DNA of 64,000 bases from Chiloscyllium plagiosum (lineage: Eukaryota), in contig NC_057719.1 in the NCBI RefSeq assembly GCF_004010195.1, positions 78,569,502-78,633,501 on the forward strand, given 5' to 3'. Below the pieces are notes generated by a model that did no database searches, was not told the DNA's origin, and saw nothing but the letters and a program-made list of their open reading frames with translations. Positions 11,672 through 25,837 of this stretch are shown here, piece after piece. A program made the position numbers and the translations under genes. The first letter of the stretch is position 1. The number at the start of each line of letters is the position of its first letter.

Positions 11672-14596
11672 ACCTGTAAGAAGTGCAGATTGGCTGTAAG
11701 TTGCTTTAGCTGTGCATGCATCTGGACTTCCTGTTGAGTATCCGGTCAGTCAGCAGCATGTCCAGCACTGGACTGCAGCCCATCGTCATGGTAGCAGGAT
11801 ATTTGTGTACTATCTGCCTCAGCTCAGCCAGCCGCAGTGTAATGCTTGTGCCTGCTAACTGGCTTCATCGAATGTTTGGCCCCTTTCATTTTTTTATTAC
11901 ATTTACTTGAACAGATGTAAAGTTTTTGTTATGGACTTCTGATTTTAATTAGTCCCAGTTGCAGTACCAGCTGAAGTTCATTCCCTCCCCAGCAATTTGT
12001 TCTGGTTATCTCAATGAGCTGGGACACAGCTGTCATCTGCATTAATAAGATACACAGGAAGACAGCAAGCAATAATTTAGGGATGACAAGTACAAAGACC
12101 ATGGTTTTCTCAGTTCCTGCTTATACTTCTCATCTGTTCTTCGTTTCTTGTCCTACTCTGATAATCGAAGGAGCACTTTGTTTTCCACTGTTAGAATGGC
12201 CATTGTTAGAATTAGCTCTGTCAGATATTATGGACTAATGCCTGCAGTCAAACACTTCTGTATCTGTACCAAAGCTGAAGCATTAGAATGAATTGGATAG
12301 CAAAGCTTCACAAAGTACTTGCGTGATGGCAATGGAATTTGATTGGAAAAACTGCAAATTAAGGGCTAGCTAAATGCAGTTATTGAAACTAGCTTTCGGT
12401 AGTTTAGTGCACCACAGGGAGGAGGAATTCTGAATAAGAAACAGAAGTAAAGCTTTTCAGAGCCTTCTTTCTGAAAGAAGGCAGCAGAGTGGAACTAGGT
12501 GAGTTGTTCTTGTTAAGAATTAGAACAGATAAAAGAGGCTGAACAACCTCCTTTCGTGTTGTTACCATCTGATGACTCTAAATTCTGAACTTGCCAAGGT
12601 GGAAAACCATGATATGGTAGAGTTTCATTAGGGATATACCTCATTCACTTAAATCCAGAGAATGTGTACACAAGATTGTGGGAGGCACACAGTTTAGCAA
12701 ACATCATGTGTGTCAAACCCATGAAAGAGACAGACAGCCATCCACCACAGGACTCTGTTAGATTTCCGAACATGACTAATTCTTGTGACAATCCAACCCT
12801 TTCAGGTGCCACTCAGTGAGTCAGGTGACCTGCTCATGAATGCTCATGATTCTAACTCAATTATCCAATTAAATCAGACCAAGAAAGGGGGCTCATTCTA
12901 TTTCCAAATCTTCTATTGCCATGTTTTACCTGTTGATTCAATCTCAGAGACTTCATTGTCAACCCACCTCCATCCCATGAGTATGGCTACATCCCATTGA
13001 CAAGCATGTGTTTGAGGTTTCACCATGCTGGCAGTAGGTATGAATAAGGCAGGATATTATCAGGAAATCCAGAGCCAGTGTGGCACCACTTTGCATTCTG
13101 TTTCGAACTGCAGTATGTTGGCATGCTTTCGTGTAGCTTTGCTGCCCTTGGCAGGAGATGTTGCAAGTTGAGCTGTGAGCAGGTGGGTCTCCTACAGGGA
13201 TTGAAGAGATCATGACATGGGGTGGGGAGTGAAATTAGAGGGGTAGTGGATAACCTATGATCAGGGGATAAACTGATTCAGGTGGTGGTGTGAACAGAAA
13301 GATGGTGCAGGGATTGGTTAGGTAGTTTTGGGCCTGGTGGACACACAGTGGCTTCTCCTGGTCCAACAGCCATGAGGCAAACAGACATGTCTTATGAATT
13401 CCAACTTTCTTGTCTCCTTTCACTGGCCAGGTTTTAATGAAGTCAGGGAAACCCAGCATCTTATAATTACTGCTAGGATACACGACTGTATATAAATTTT
13501 AAATTATGCACACACCTACTGCTAGTGCATTGGTCATCTGCCCTATATCCTGTCTCCATTAAAACTGTTTCCTGTTTCAGATTTTTAACCTCCTTTCCAA
13601 ATATACTGCAACCTAGACTTGGGAAGACAAAATTCTCTTATCAAATTGCCTTTTACAATTTGCAGTAATGGTTTTATACCCAGGAGCAATATTTTTCAAA
13701 CTTTGTTCGATTTTGTGTATTAGAATGATATTGGTGGAAATTAAAAGAAACACAATAATTCCGTAAAAGTACCTCAGTAGAACAAGGAGTTGGTGCTCCA
13801 ACCTGATTTACTGTGGAGGGACAGGATTTACACTGCTCATTTAGTCTGTTCCACTCTCCAAGGAGATTGTGTAGTAGAGATCAGACCCAAAAATGGGACT
13901 ATTTGCCAGACAAGTTCCTTTGTGTATGCTTTTGTAAGTAGATCAAAAGTAGGATTATCAGAGATGCAGCCAACCTTTTAATTGTATTACGATCCATGAT
14001 ATAAATTGGGAACAAAATCCAAGATTTCTGCTGGGTCTGCATTTAAGTCGATCTGGATTTTTTAGTTTGAATTGTATTCTCTGTTTCCACAATGCAGTAT
14101 ATCTTCATAATTGGCTCATTCTCCCAGAAAACCTCTTTAACCTTGATCTTTTTGTGGTTTGTAGATTTGTGGATTTAATTAAGAAGCCAAGCTTATTGTA
14201 TTTGTAAAGTTAAATTTTGAAATTTGCTCCAGATTTTGTAAAAAGTAACCTAATCCTGAGTTTTAACCTTGAATGAAGACCATGAAGATTGTGTTTGATT
14301 CCAGAACAAGCAGCAAACTATACTCTCTATCGTGGGATCTGACTCTAAGTAGGTTGACCAATCACTGTCCTTCAGAGGCCTTCTGAAGCATGTCTTCCTT
14401 ATCTTCTTCGTTTTGCCTGTCCCTGGCATTGGCACCATTAATTCTCTTTGGACAGTTTGGAAGGGGGCCTGATCAATAGGCTCATAAAGCAGTATTCTTG
14501 ATCACAGGGCTCCAGACTGTCATAAAATTGATGTTCCCTGTCATTTTTGCTGGATACTGTGTCCAATGTGAAAGCCCTCAGTGCCTCTTGTTGTTT

Positions 14597-14615
14597 TTAG
14601 CAGCAGTCTACAATT
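14597..14615 (-). CDS. Candidate short terminal coding exon (R-IVDCC*) of an unidentified gene
   Basis: Minus strand ...aaatttccag|A ATT GTA GAC TGC TGC TAA; the phase fits the donor of the 32929 exon; followed by ~1 kb of unique AT-rich, 3'UTR-like sequence. Confidence 0.3.
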
Positions 14616-14754
14616 CTGGAAATTTAATGAGCAAATGTTGCTCAGCACTCAGGCTGGGATTATTGCAATTTAGCCACCAAGCCTAAAGAATCTAAAGTTC
14701 CTCTTTACCATTGCCAAACTGGAAAGACCATGTTTATGAAAATGTTGGATTATA

Positions 14755-15050
14755 TTAGATTAGATTCCCTTCGGCCCAACCAGTCCACACCAGCCTGCCG
14801 AAGAATAACCACCCAGACCCATTTCCGTCTGACTAATGCATCTAACACTGTGGGCAATTTAGCATGGCCAATTCACCTAACCTGCACATTCTTGGATTGT
14901 GGGAGGAAACTGGAATATGCGGAGGAAACCCACGCAGGCATGGGAAGAATGTGCAAACTCCACTCAGACTGTCGCCCAAGGCTTGATTCGAACCTCGGTC
15001 CCTGGTGCTGTGTGACAGCAGTGCTAACCTTTGAGCGACCATGCTGCCCC
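14755..15050 (-). mobile_element. HE1-like V-SINE
   Basis: Reverse complement of the consensus seen at 8169 and 10686. Confidence 0.9.
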
Positions 15051-18000
15051 ATTTACCTTCCATCAAGTTGTTACAAGATGTTGGAAGTCACTCACAATGG
15101 TATTTCTGGAGTAACCAATGTTATTGATGATGCCAAGGATCACTTCAATATATACCAACACCTCCAGGTGAAACCCAGAATAACTTGCATTTCAGTTTTG
15201 AGTTTGCAATCATGACTCATGCTCAGCTATATTCTGCTCTCTTTCCGAGTAATTTAGCCGATTGGGAAAGATATTTGAGTGTAGAGTGGATTGACAAGTT
15301 GAAACTTGTGAATTGGACACCTGCTGATTATTTTAGATTATTAAGTACATTTTAAAGTTACAGACTTGCCGCTGAGAGGAATATACTATATATTTAAGTC
15401 CAGCATTAGTTTGAACAGTAATATGGGGATAGTTTGTAAGTATAGGGAGGCAGTTAGGCATTTTTGGATCTCACATTTAAATGCTGTTATGACCTATAAT
15501 TAAGGACCTTGGACAAATCAACTGGCAAACTGGTTTTACTGATTTATCAGGCATCTTAAAGGAATTGTCATTAGCAATGTTTCTGTCAGTTGCTTTGCAG
15601 TTAAAATTTCATTTTTTTAAACTTTATTTGCAAGTTCCAAAGATTTTACTACTACAGTAGTAATTGATCAGTGATCTCTGACAAGATTCATTTCTCTTCT
15701 ATACAATCTATAGATAATGTCAGTCAAATGATCTTCACACAACTTCTATGTTTATGGCACTCTGAACATTAAATGACATCATATGGTGAGCCAAGGACAA
15801 TGTTAACACCTCCAGACAGACCTTTAAGGCGTCAATACTTCTGAAATTTTTCTTCTCAGGGAGAAGAACTTGCTATTTTCAACCTCTACTGCTGCAATTT
15901 TAGATCAGGCTCATCTGCAATAAACAAGTTACTATTTTGGTTAAATTAGCAAACAGATGTCACAAAAAATGTGTTACGTACATCGGTCTGCTAATGTCAC
16001 TGCAGAAAGCACGTATTTTTTGCCAAAGTGTGATTTACTGGCTGACTCTTTGAGCCTCTGTTAATGTGCTCAGGGAATTTAATAACAAACTGGGGCCAAT
16101 GCCATACTCTAAGCCTACCTTTAATGAGTCATCGAGATATTTGTTTCTCTGGTTCCCCTGGTAACAAGCTTGAGAAGGAGTCTAGCACGCACTTCTTTAA
16201 TTTGTCGAGACTTTGCTTTTTAGTTCTGTTAGTTTTTGAGAGCTATTTTCTGAATTTGAGTTGTTATTTTTCAACTTTCACAAAATCCTGGAACGTTTCC
16301 AGAATGTTTAAAAAGTATGTTTCCTCTTAAAATAAGCAGTTGGCAGATCACAAATCATTTAAAGAAAGAAACAAACTGATATTCCTGAAAGAGAAATACG
16401 GTGTGCTTTTTATCAGCTAATGACAAAAGTCTAGCCTAATGACAACGTTTAGTTATTCTACTAACTGAGTGAGATAAAATACATTTTGCAGTAAATCTAT
16501 AACTGTTTATGGATTGTAGCATTGCTCATTTCATTATCTGCATAAAACATACACTTCATATTTCAATGTTAAACAAAATCTGATATGCTGTCCTAAGACT
16601 TTGAAAGACTGAAGTGAAAAATTGAAACGTGAGATGGGGCCATAATTAAAAGGAATGATCAAATGGAACCCAATTGTATTCCTAGCCATTTATTTAGATC
16701 TTAAGACAAGGATGGACATTGTCAAAGACAGAATTGATAAGAACACAACCGTAAGAATAAAGGTACAAGAGTCTAAATAATCACAGGTAAGAAATCCAAG
16801 ATCCAAACCAGAAAGTTCACAACAGAAATTTCTAGTTTAGCATTTTTCAATGCTGTTAATTTTGTTTGTAGAGAATTGAAAATCAGACAGTGAATTTGGT
16901 CAAGAAGGCGACTCAGATTGCATTGTGAAATTTAAAAGCAGACTTCAAATTTAAAAGCTCATACAAAATATTTAATTGGATTTTGAATGCATGTTACCCA
17001 GGAATGAGATGAAAGATGATCTGACTTTTTCCCCTTTCAAGTGATTGCAATTTTCCTACAGACCCTTATATTAAAATAGATGAGAGTGGTATAAAGATGT
17101 GATGACAGAGGAATTGAGAATCTTGAAAACCTTGCATATAAACACATCTTTTATGCACCCAATCTCATGTGAGTGGATTGACTTGCATGCATTGTGAAAA
17201 TGATGACAAATTCTCACACCTGTGTGAATTAGTCCTGAAGCAGCTTTGAGATGATTATCAGTTTGACTCCAATTTCCACTCTATCTTTATGCTAAATCAC
17301 CAGTCTTTTTAGTATTTCAGTTGTTTGTGAATGGTGTCTCTGATATGCTTTTCCAGGCTGTGCTTTCTTAAAGGAAAAATATCCCTTTAACTCCAAATTT
17401 TTTTTTAACGTTTAAAACAGGCATTTAAACCTGCAAACTGAGTCTCGGAAGTTAATTGTTTAGTTCATTTTAAAATGAGAAATAAAATAATTTTTAGATG
17501 ATTTGGTTTACCCTCACATTTTTAACATTGCACTTTCTTTTTCCTTTTTTTTGACTTTAAAACTACACTACCTGTGAACTGAAATTTGCCTCCTTTCGCC
17601 CATCCTGATGGGATCTTACTATCCTCTATGTTTACTGCTCTAATTTATGGAGAAGTGGATTTCTATAGGTTAATCGGTGACAATTTTGTGAGACTTTTTC
17701 TAACTGGAGAAAAATCGGTTTAAATTTGATTTTGGATGATCATAAAACATAATAGTTGATTTCTTCAAGATTTCTGCATAAGAGCTGGGCAGGTTTTGGG
17801 GCAGGATATTTATTCACACTGGGGTCTGAGACAGACTGCAGTATTATACCTAATCCCGTTAAATTAAGAAAGAGGTAGGCTATTCTTCGGAGGGTCGGTG
17901 TGGACTTGTTGCGCCAAATGGCCTGTTTCCACATCATAGTGATTTTATGATTCTGACTGAAAATTGAACATAGTTATTATGCTGCATGGAGTATCCTTGA

Positions 18001-21000
18001 AGTGGGTTTACAGCTACACTTACAGCCTTGGTTAGAAAGGTTAGTTACATCTTCAAAATATGCTGAGTTTTGATTTCAGGATTCAACAAAATGTTCAGAG
18101 TTGTGTTCAGGCATAATTCAGATTAAATCTCAACTCACAAATGGCTTTTATTTATGCAATTATTCTTCTACTGCAGCTACATCAGGGTTATGTATACCAA
18201 ATGCTATAATAACCACTAATTTTTATGTGTTTTGAGGCCATGCCTCTTTAACGGTGAACATTGGAATAGGAGGAAGTCATTCAGCACTTCAAGCTTTGTA
18301 TGCTGTTCAATGAGATCATGGCTGATCCATGGCCAAACTGCACATGCCTGCCTTTGGCCATATTCCTTAATATCTTAGTTTAACAAAAAATTATCTATTT
18401 CAGTTTTAAAATTAACAACTGATCCAGCATCCAATGGCATTTCCGGATGGATCTACCACCCTTTGTGTGTAATAGTGCTTCCTAGTGTAGTTTTTATGGG
18501 GGCCCTAATCCTCAGACTGGACCCCATTTCTAAGTCCCAAACCAGTGGAAATAGTTTACTTTTATGTTCCTTGTTTCTTTTTCTGTTATTATCCTGACTT
18601 TGATGAGTTCATTCCTCAACCTTATATTCCTCAAATTATACAGGCCTAATTTGTATAATTTCTCCTCATAACTTAATCACAAAGTCCAGATATCATTCTG
18701 GTAAATCTACATTGTGGCCCCTTCAAGGTTATAAAGCCTTCCTAAGGTGTGGTACTGAGATTTGCTTACTGTAGATCTACTGAGATTGGTACAGTTGAGA
18801 ACAGAAGTGAGTCAGTCAGGGCAGGCAGGGACAAGGTAGGAATAATAAATTAAACTGCATTTATTTCAATGCAAAGGGCCTAACAGGGAAGGCAGATGAA
18901 CTCAGGGCATGGTTAGGAACATGGGACTGGGATATTACAGCAATTACAGAAACATGGCTCAGGGATGGGCAGGACTGGCAGCTTAACGTTCCAGGATAAA
19001 AATGCTACAGAAAAGATAGAAAGGGAGGCAAGAGAGGAGGGGGAGTGCTATTTTTGATAAAGGATAGCATTACAGCTGTGCTGAGGGAGGATATTCCCAG
19101 AAATACATCCAGGGAAGTTATTTGGGTGGAACTGAGAAATAAGAAAGGGATGATCACCTTATTGAGATTGTATTATAGACCCCCAAATAGTCAGAGGGAA
19201 ATTGAGAAACAAACTTGTAAGGAGATCTCAGCTATTTGTAAAAATAATGGGGTAGTTATGGTAGGGGATTTTAACTTTCCAAACATCGACTGAGACTGCC
19301 ATAGTGTTAAAGGTTTAGATGGAGTGGAATTTCTTAAGTGCGTACAAGACAATTCTCTGATTCAGTATGTGGATGTACCTACTAGAGAAGGTGCAAAACT
19401 TGACCTACTCTTGGGAAATAAGGCAGGGCAGGTGACTGAGGTGTCAGTGGGGGAGCACTTTGGGGCCAGCGACCATAATTTTAAAATAGTGATGGAAAAG
19501 GATAGACCAGATCTAAAAGTTGAAGTTCTAAATTGGAGAAAGGCCAATTTTGACAGTATTAGGCAAGAACTTTCAAAAGCTGATTGGGGGCAGATGTTCA
19601 CAGGTAAAGGGGAGGCTGGAAAATGGGAAGCCTTCAGAAATGAGATAACAAGAATCCAGAGAAAGTATATTCCTGTCAGGGTGAAAGGGAAGGCTGGTAG
19701 GTATAGGGAATGCTGGAGGACTAAAGAAATTGAGGGTCTGGTTAAGAAAAAGAAGGAAGCATATGTCGGGTATAGACAGGATAGATCGAGTGAATCCTTA
19801 GAAGAGTATGAAGGAAGTAGGAGTATACTTAAGAGGGAAATCAGGAGGGCAAAAAGGGGACATGAGATAGCTTTGGCACATAGAATTAAGGAGAATCCAA
19901 AGGGTTTTTACAAATATATTAAGGACAAAAGGGTAACTAGGGAGAGTAGGATCCCTCAAAGATCAGCAAGGTGGCCTTTGTGTGGAGCCACAGAAAATGG
20001 GGGAGATACCAAATGAATATTTTGCATCAGTACTTACTGTAGAAAAGAATGTGGAAGATATAGACTGTAGGGAAATAGATGGTGACATCTTGCATAATGT
20101 CCAGATTACAGAGGAGGAAGTGCTGGATGTCTTGACACGGTTAAAGGTGGATAAATCCCCAGGAACCGATCAGGTGTACCCGAGAACTCTGTGGGAAGCT
20201 AGAGAAGTGATTGCTGGGCCTCTTGCTGAGATGTTCAAGGCTATATGTGCTATCTTCAGGGCAGACTGATGGGCAGAGGGGGTGGGGTGGCCCTGTTGGT
20301 AAGGAATGATATTCAGTCCCTTGCGCGGGAGGACCTAAAATCAGGGGATGTAGAGTCAGAATGGATAGAACTGAGAAATTTTAAGGGTAGAAAGACCCTC
20401 ATGGGAGTTATCTACAGGCCCCCAAATAGTAGCCTGGATGTAGGGTGTAAGTTGAATAAGGAGCTGAATATGGCCTGTCACGAAGATATTACATTCTGGA
20501 TTAGTGGTGCTGGAAGAGCACAGCAGTTCAGGCAGCATCCAGGGATTTCAACATGCAGGTAGACTGGGAGAATCAGGATGGTACTGGACCACAAGAAAAG
20601 GAGTTTGTGGAGTGCCTCGAGATGGATTCTTAGAACAGCTAGTGCTGGAGCCTACCAGGGAGAAGGCAATTCTGGAACTGGTGTTGTTCAACGAACCAGA
20701 TTTGATCAGGGACATCGAAGTGAAAGAGTCATTACGAGATAGTGACTATAATACAATAAGGTTTAATCTGCAATTTGAAAGGGAGAGGGTACAATCGGTA
20801 GTGACAATATTTCAGTTGAATAAGGGGAACTATGAAGCTATGAGGGAGGAGCTGGCCAAAGTTCAATGGCGCAATACTCTAGCAGGGTTGGCAGTGGAAC
20901 AACAATGGCAGGTATTTCTGGGTATAATGCAGAAGATGCAGGATCATTCCAAAAAGGAAGAAAGATCCTAGGAGGAGGCATGGGTGGCCGTGGCTAATGA

Positions 21001-21259
21001 GGGAAGTTAAGAAACATATAAAGTCAAAAGAGAAAAAGTATAACATAGCAAAGATAAGTGGGAAGCTTTTAAAGAACAACAGACGATAACTAAGATGGAA
21101 ATACGCAGAGAAAAAATGAGGTACGAAGGTAAACTGGCCAAAAATATAAAGGAGGATAGTAAAAGCTTTTTTAGGTATCTGAAAGGAAAAATAATGGTTA
21201 AGACTAAAATTGGGCCCTTGAAGACATAAACGGGTGAGTATATTACAAGGAACAAAGAA

Positions 21260-22250
21260 ATGGCAGAAGAATTGAATTGGTACTTCAGATCTGTATTCAC
21301 TGGGGAAGACACAAGCAATTTCCCTGAGGTAACAGTGGCTGAAGGACGTGAACTTAAGGGAATTTATATTAGGCAGGAAATGGTGTTGGAGAGACTGTTA
21401 GGTCCGAAGGCTGATAAGTCCCCAGGGCCTGATGGTCTACATCCCAGGGTACTGAAGGAGGTGGCTCTAGAAATCATGGATGCATTGGTGATCATTTTCC
21501 AATTTTCTATGGATTCAGGATCAGTTCCTGTGGATTGGAGGGTGGCTAATGTTGTCCCACTTTTTAAGAAAGGTGGGAGAGAGAAAGCAGAGAATTATAG
21601 ACCAGTTAGTCTGACCTCAGTGGTGGGAAAGATGCTGGAGTCAATTACAAAGGATGAAATTACGATATATCTGGATAGCAGTAACAGGATAGGTCAGAGT
21701 CAGCATGGATTTATGAAGGGGAAATCATGCTTGACTAATCTTCTGGAGTGTTTTGAGGATGTAACTCTGAAGATGGACAAGGGAGATTCAGTGGATGTAG
21801 TGTACCTGGACTTTCAGAAAGCCTTTGATAAAGTCACACATAGGAGGTTAGTGAGCAAAATTAGGGCGCATGGTATTGGGGGCAAAATACTGACTTGGAT
21901 TGAAAATTGGTTGGCTGACAGGAAACAAAGAGTAGTGATAAACAGCTCCCTTTTGGAATGGCAGGCGGTGACCAGTGGGGTACCGCAGGGATCAGTGCTG
22001 GGACCGCAGCTTTTTACAATACACATTAATTATATAGTTGATGGTATTAAAAGTAATATTAGCAAATTTGCTGATGATACAAAGCTGGGTGGCAGGGTGA
22101 AATGTGAGGAGGATGTTAGGAGATTATCGGGTGACCTGGACAAGTTAGGTGAGTGGACAGAATCATGGCAGATGCAGTTTAATGTGGAGAAATGTATGGT
22201 TATCCACCTTGGTGGCAAGAACAGGAATGCAGGTTACTACCTCAATGGAG
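21260..22250 (+). pseudogene. CR1 reverse transcriptase domain (longest open stretch in the window)
   Basis: KSPGPDGLHP, NYRPVSLTS, QHGF, DFQKAFD, GVPQGSVLGP, KFADD; interrupted at 22251 by a PLE insertion. Confidence 0.9.
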
Positions 22251-22817
22251 CTGAAAAATGTGTTGCTGGAAAGGCGCAGCAGGTCAGACAGCATCCAAAG
22301 AGCAGGAGAATCGACCTTTCGGGCATAAGCCCTTCTTCCGGAATGAGGAGGATGTGCCAAGCAGGCTAAGGTAAAAGGTAGGGAGGAGGGACTTGGAGGA
22401 GGGGCGTTGGGAATGCGATAGGTGAAAGGAGGTTAAGGTGAGGATGATAGGCCGGAGAGGGGGTGGGAGCGGAGAGGTCGGGAAGAAGATTGCAGGTCAA
22501 GAAGGCAGTGCTGAGTCTGAGGGATGGGACTGAGAAAAGATGGGGATGGGGAAATGAGGAAGCTGGAGAAATCTTCATTCATCCCTTGTGGTTGGAGGGT
22601 TCCTAGGCGGAAGATGAGGCGCTCTTCCTCCAGGGGTCGTGTTTCCATGGTCTGGCGATGGAGGAGGCCAAGGACCTGCATGTCCTTGGCGGAGTGTGAG
22701 GGGGAATTAAAGTGTTCAGCCACAGGGTGGTTGGGTTGGTTGGTGCGGGTGTCCCAGAGCTGTTCTCTGAAATGTTCCGCAAGTAGGCGGCCTGTCTCCC
22801 CAATGTAGACTTACTCC
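22251..22817 (-). mobile_element. 5'-truncated Penelope-like element (GIY-YIG C-terminus plus 3'UTR)
   Basis: YIGETGR..., AEHFNSPSHSAKDMQVLGLL...EERLIFRLGTLQPQGMN; flanked by tactacct(c/a)aatggag at 22235-22250 and 22818-22833. Confidence 0.9.
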
Positions 22818-24337
22818 TACTACCTAAATGGAGTCAAGTTAGGTAAAGGGGCAGTACAACGAGATCTAGGTGTTCTTATACAACAGTCAATGAAAGCAAG
22901 CATGCAGATACAACAGGCAGTGAAGAAAGCTAATAGCATGCTGGCCTTCATAACAAGAGGAATTGAGTACAGAAGCAAAGAGGTTCTTCTGCAGCTGTAC
23001 AGGGCCCTGATGAGACCGCACTTGGAATATTGTGTGCGGTTTTGGTCTCCAAATTTGAGGAAAGACATTCTGGCTATTGAGGGAGTGCAGCATAGGTTCA
23101 CGAGGTCAATTCCCGGAATGGCAGGACAGTCTTGCGTTGAAAGATTGGAGCAACTGGGCTTGTATACGCTTGAGTTTAGAAGGCTGAGAGGGGATCTGAT
23201 TGAGAAGTATAGGATTATTAAAGGATTGGACACTCTGGAGGCAGGAAGCATGTTTCCGCTGATGGGTGAGTCCCAAACCAGAGGACACAGTTTAAAAATA
23301 AGGGGTAGGCCATTTAGAACAGAGTTGAGGAGAAACTCCTTCACCCGGAGAGTGGTGGCTGTGTGGAATGCTCTGCCCCAGAGGGCAGTGGAGGCCAAGT
23401 CTCTGGATACTTTCAAGAAAGAGTTGGATAGAGCTCTTAAGGATTGGGGAATCAAGGGTCATGGGGATAAGGCAGGAACAGGATACTGATTGAGGATGAT
23501 CAGCCATGATCATAATGAATGGTGGTGCTGGCTCAAAGGGCAGAATGGCCTACTCCCGCACCTATTGTGTATTGTCTATTGATATTTGTATCATTAATAG
23601 TCACAGGTGAGATGCGGGAAGACTGGAGGTTGGCAAACGTAGTGCCACTGTTTAAGAAGGGCGGTAAAGACAAGCCAGGGAGTGTGAGGAGTGTGAGGGG
23701 AACTATAGACCGGTGAGCCTGACCTCAGTCGTGGGCAAGTTGTTGGAGGGAATCCTGAGGGACAGGATGTACATGCATTTGGAAAGGCAAGGACTGATTA
23801 GGGATAGTCAACATGGCTTTGTGCTCGGGAAATCATGTCTCACAAACTTGATTGATTTTTTTGAAGAAGTAACAAGGAAGATTGATGACGGCAGGGCAGT
23901 AGATGTGATCGATGTGGACTTCAGTAAGGCATTCGACAAGGTTCCTCATGGCAGCTTGATTATCAAGGTTAGATCTCATGGAATACAGGGAGAACTAGCC
24001 ATGTGGATACAGAACTGGCTCAAAGGTAAAAGATAGAGGGTGGTGGTGGAGTTTTGTTTTTTAGACTGGAGGCCTGTGACCAGTGGAGTGCCACAAGGAT
24101 CGGTACTGGGTCCACTACTTTTTGTCACTTACATAAATGATTTGGATGCGAGCATAAGAGGTACAGTTAGTAAGTTTGCAGATGACACCAAAATTGGAGG
24201 TGTAGTGGACAGCGAAGAGGGTTACCTCAGATTACAACAGGATCTTGATCAGATGGGCTAATGGGCTGAGGAGTGGCAGATGGAGTTGAATTCAGATAAA
24301 TGCGAGGTGCTGCATTTTGGGAAAGCAAATCTTAGCA

Positions 24338-24606
24338 NNNNNNNNNNNNNNNNNNNNNNNNNNNNNNNNNNNNNNNNNNNNNNNNNNNNNNNNNNNNNNN
24401 NNNNNNNNNNNNNNNNNNNNNNNNNNNNNNNNNNNNNNNNNNNNNNNNNNNNNNNNNNNNNNNNNNNNNNNNNNNNNNNNNNNNNNNNNNNNNNNNNNNN
24501 NNNNNNNNNNNNNNNNNNNNNNNNNNNNNNNNNNNNNNNNNNNNNNNNNNNNNNNNNNNNNNNNNNNNNNNNNNNNNNNNNNNNNNNNNNNNNNNNNNNN
24601 NNNNNN
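24338..24606. other. Assembly gap (others at 43138-43146, 48425-48636, 62202-62403)
   Basis: Runs of N, each inside a repeat. Confidence 1.
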
Positions 24607-24936
24607 AAGATATAAAAGAGACCTAAGGGGCAGCATTTTCACGCAGAGTGTGGTACATGTATGGAATAAGCTGCCAGAAGATGTGGTGGAGGCTGGTACA
24701 ATTGCAACATTTAAGAGGCATTTGGATGGGTATATGAATAGGAAGGGTTTGGAGGGATATGGGCTGGGTGCTGGCAGGTGGGGCGAGATTGGGTTGGGAT
24801 ATCTGGTCAGCATGGGCAGATTGGACCGAAGGATCTGTTTCCGTGCTGTACATCTCTATGACTCTATGACTCTGTACTCCAAGTGGGAATCTAACCAGGG
24901 TTTTGTGTAACTGAAGCGTAGCTTCTACAACCTCGT

Positions 24937-25052
24937 AGGCAAAGTGAGGGCTGGAGTTTAGATCAGAGTATTGCTGGAAAAGCACAGCAGGTACAGGCAG
25001 CATCCGAGGAGCAGGAAAATTGATGTTTCGGGCAAAAGTCCTTCATCAGGAA
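24937..25052 (-). mobile_element. Half-copy family-1 PLE mini-element with near-intact hammerhead
   Basis: Minus strand cctgatgaaggacttttgcccgaaacatc. Confidence 0.75.
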
Positions 25053-25837
25053 CCTTATAATCCAGTCTTCCTAGATATTCCATTAGTTTTTTTAAATTGC
25101 ATCTGTTTGTGACATTTTAAGGATCTGTGCACCTGAACCCCCAAGTGTCTTTGGACATCCATTGTATTAAACTTGATACCATCTAGAATATCTCTTGATC
25201 TATCCTTTTTTTGGTTCAAAATGGAAAGCCTCTTACTTGTTTTCGTTGAACTCTATCTGCCAGTTTTGCTCATTCATGTAATGTATCAATATCCCTTTTG
25301 TCACTTTGTGCAATCATTACGCTGTCTACAATGCCACCTAACTTTGTGTCGTCAGCAAATATGGATATATGGCTTTCTATTCCATTATCCAAATCGTTAA
25401 TAAATAACTGGAATAATTGAGACCTGAACACAGATCCTTGTGGGACACTACTGGTTACATCCTGCCAATTTGAATACTGACGCATTATTCCTGCTTTCTG
25501 TCACCAGCCACTCAGTCTGTGTCTGAGCCATGTCAATAATATGTCCTCAATTCTGTGAGCTTCTACCTTAGTTAACAGTCTCTTATGTGGAACTTTATCA
25601 AATGCCTTCTAAAAATCCATATAAACAATACCCATAGACACTCCTCTGTCCATTAGCCTAGTCCATTTTGCAAACAATTCAATGAGGTTTGCCCGGCCTG
25701 ACCAACCTGTCATGATCCATGCTGGCTGTCCCTGATTAACTGAACATTTTACTGGTGTTCTACTTGATTATAGACTCCAACCATTTCCTCAACACAGATG
25801 TTAACTGGTGTGGAATTCTTTGATTTTCCTCTTCCAT

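Larger units (their letters stand above)
20234..23580 (+). mobile_element. Second CR1-clade LINE (element B) nested in element A
   Basis: Has its own endonuclease (GVIYRPPNS), RT ORF 21260..22369, C-terminal ORF 22890..23489 and 3' tail ctattgtgtattgtctatt. Confidence 0.9.
18775..24870 (+). mobile_element. Near full-ORF2 HER1/CR1 LINE (element A: ~18775-20233 plus ~23580-24870), inactivated
   Basis: APE endonuclease motifs (LYYRPPNS, VVMVGDFNFPNID, LDLLLGN), RT motifs (DFSKAFDKVPH, SGVPQGSVLGP, KFADDTK) and ctctatgactctatga tail; stops, frameshifts and an N-gap. Confidence 0.9.

Noticed and set aside
16698..16750. Possible plus-strand exon (tatttag|ATCTT...ACC|gtaaga; DLKTRMDIVKDRIDKNTT)
   Set aside because: Short, weak pyrimidine tract, no partner exons or recognisable homology
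21260..22369. 369-aa ORF as a functional or domesticated RT gene
   Set aside because: Fragment of a disrupted CR1 copy; its C-terminus is read-through into an antisense PLE insert
24280..24910. Long ORFs containing X runs (also at 48.3-48.9 kb and 62.2-62.5 kb)
   Set aside because: Artefacts of N-gaps
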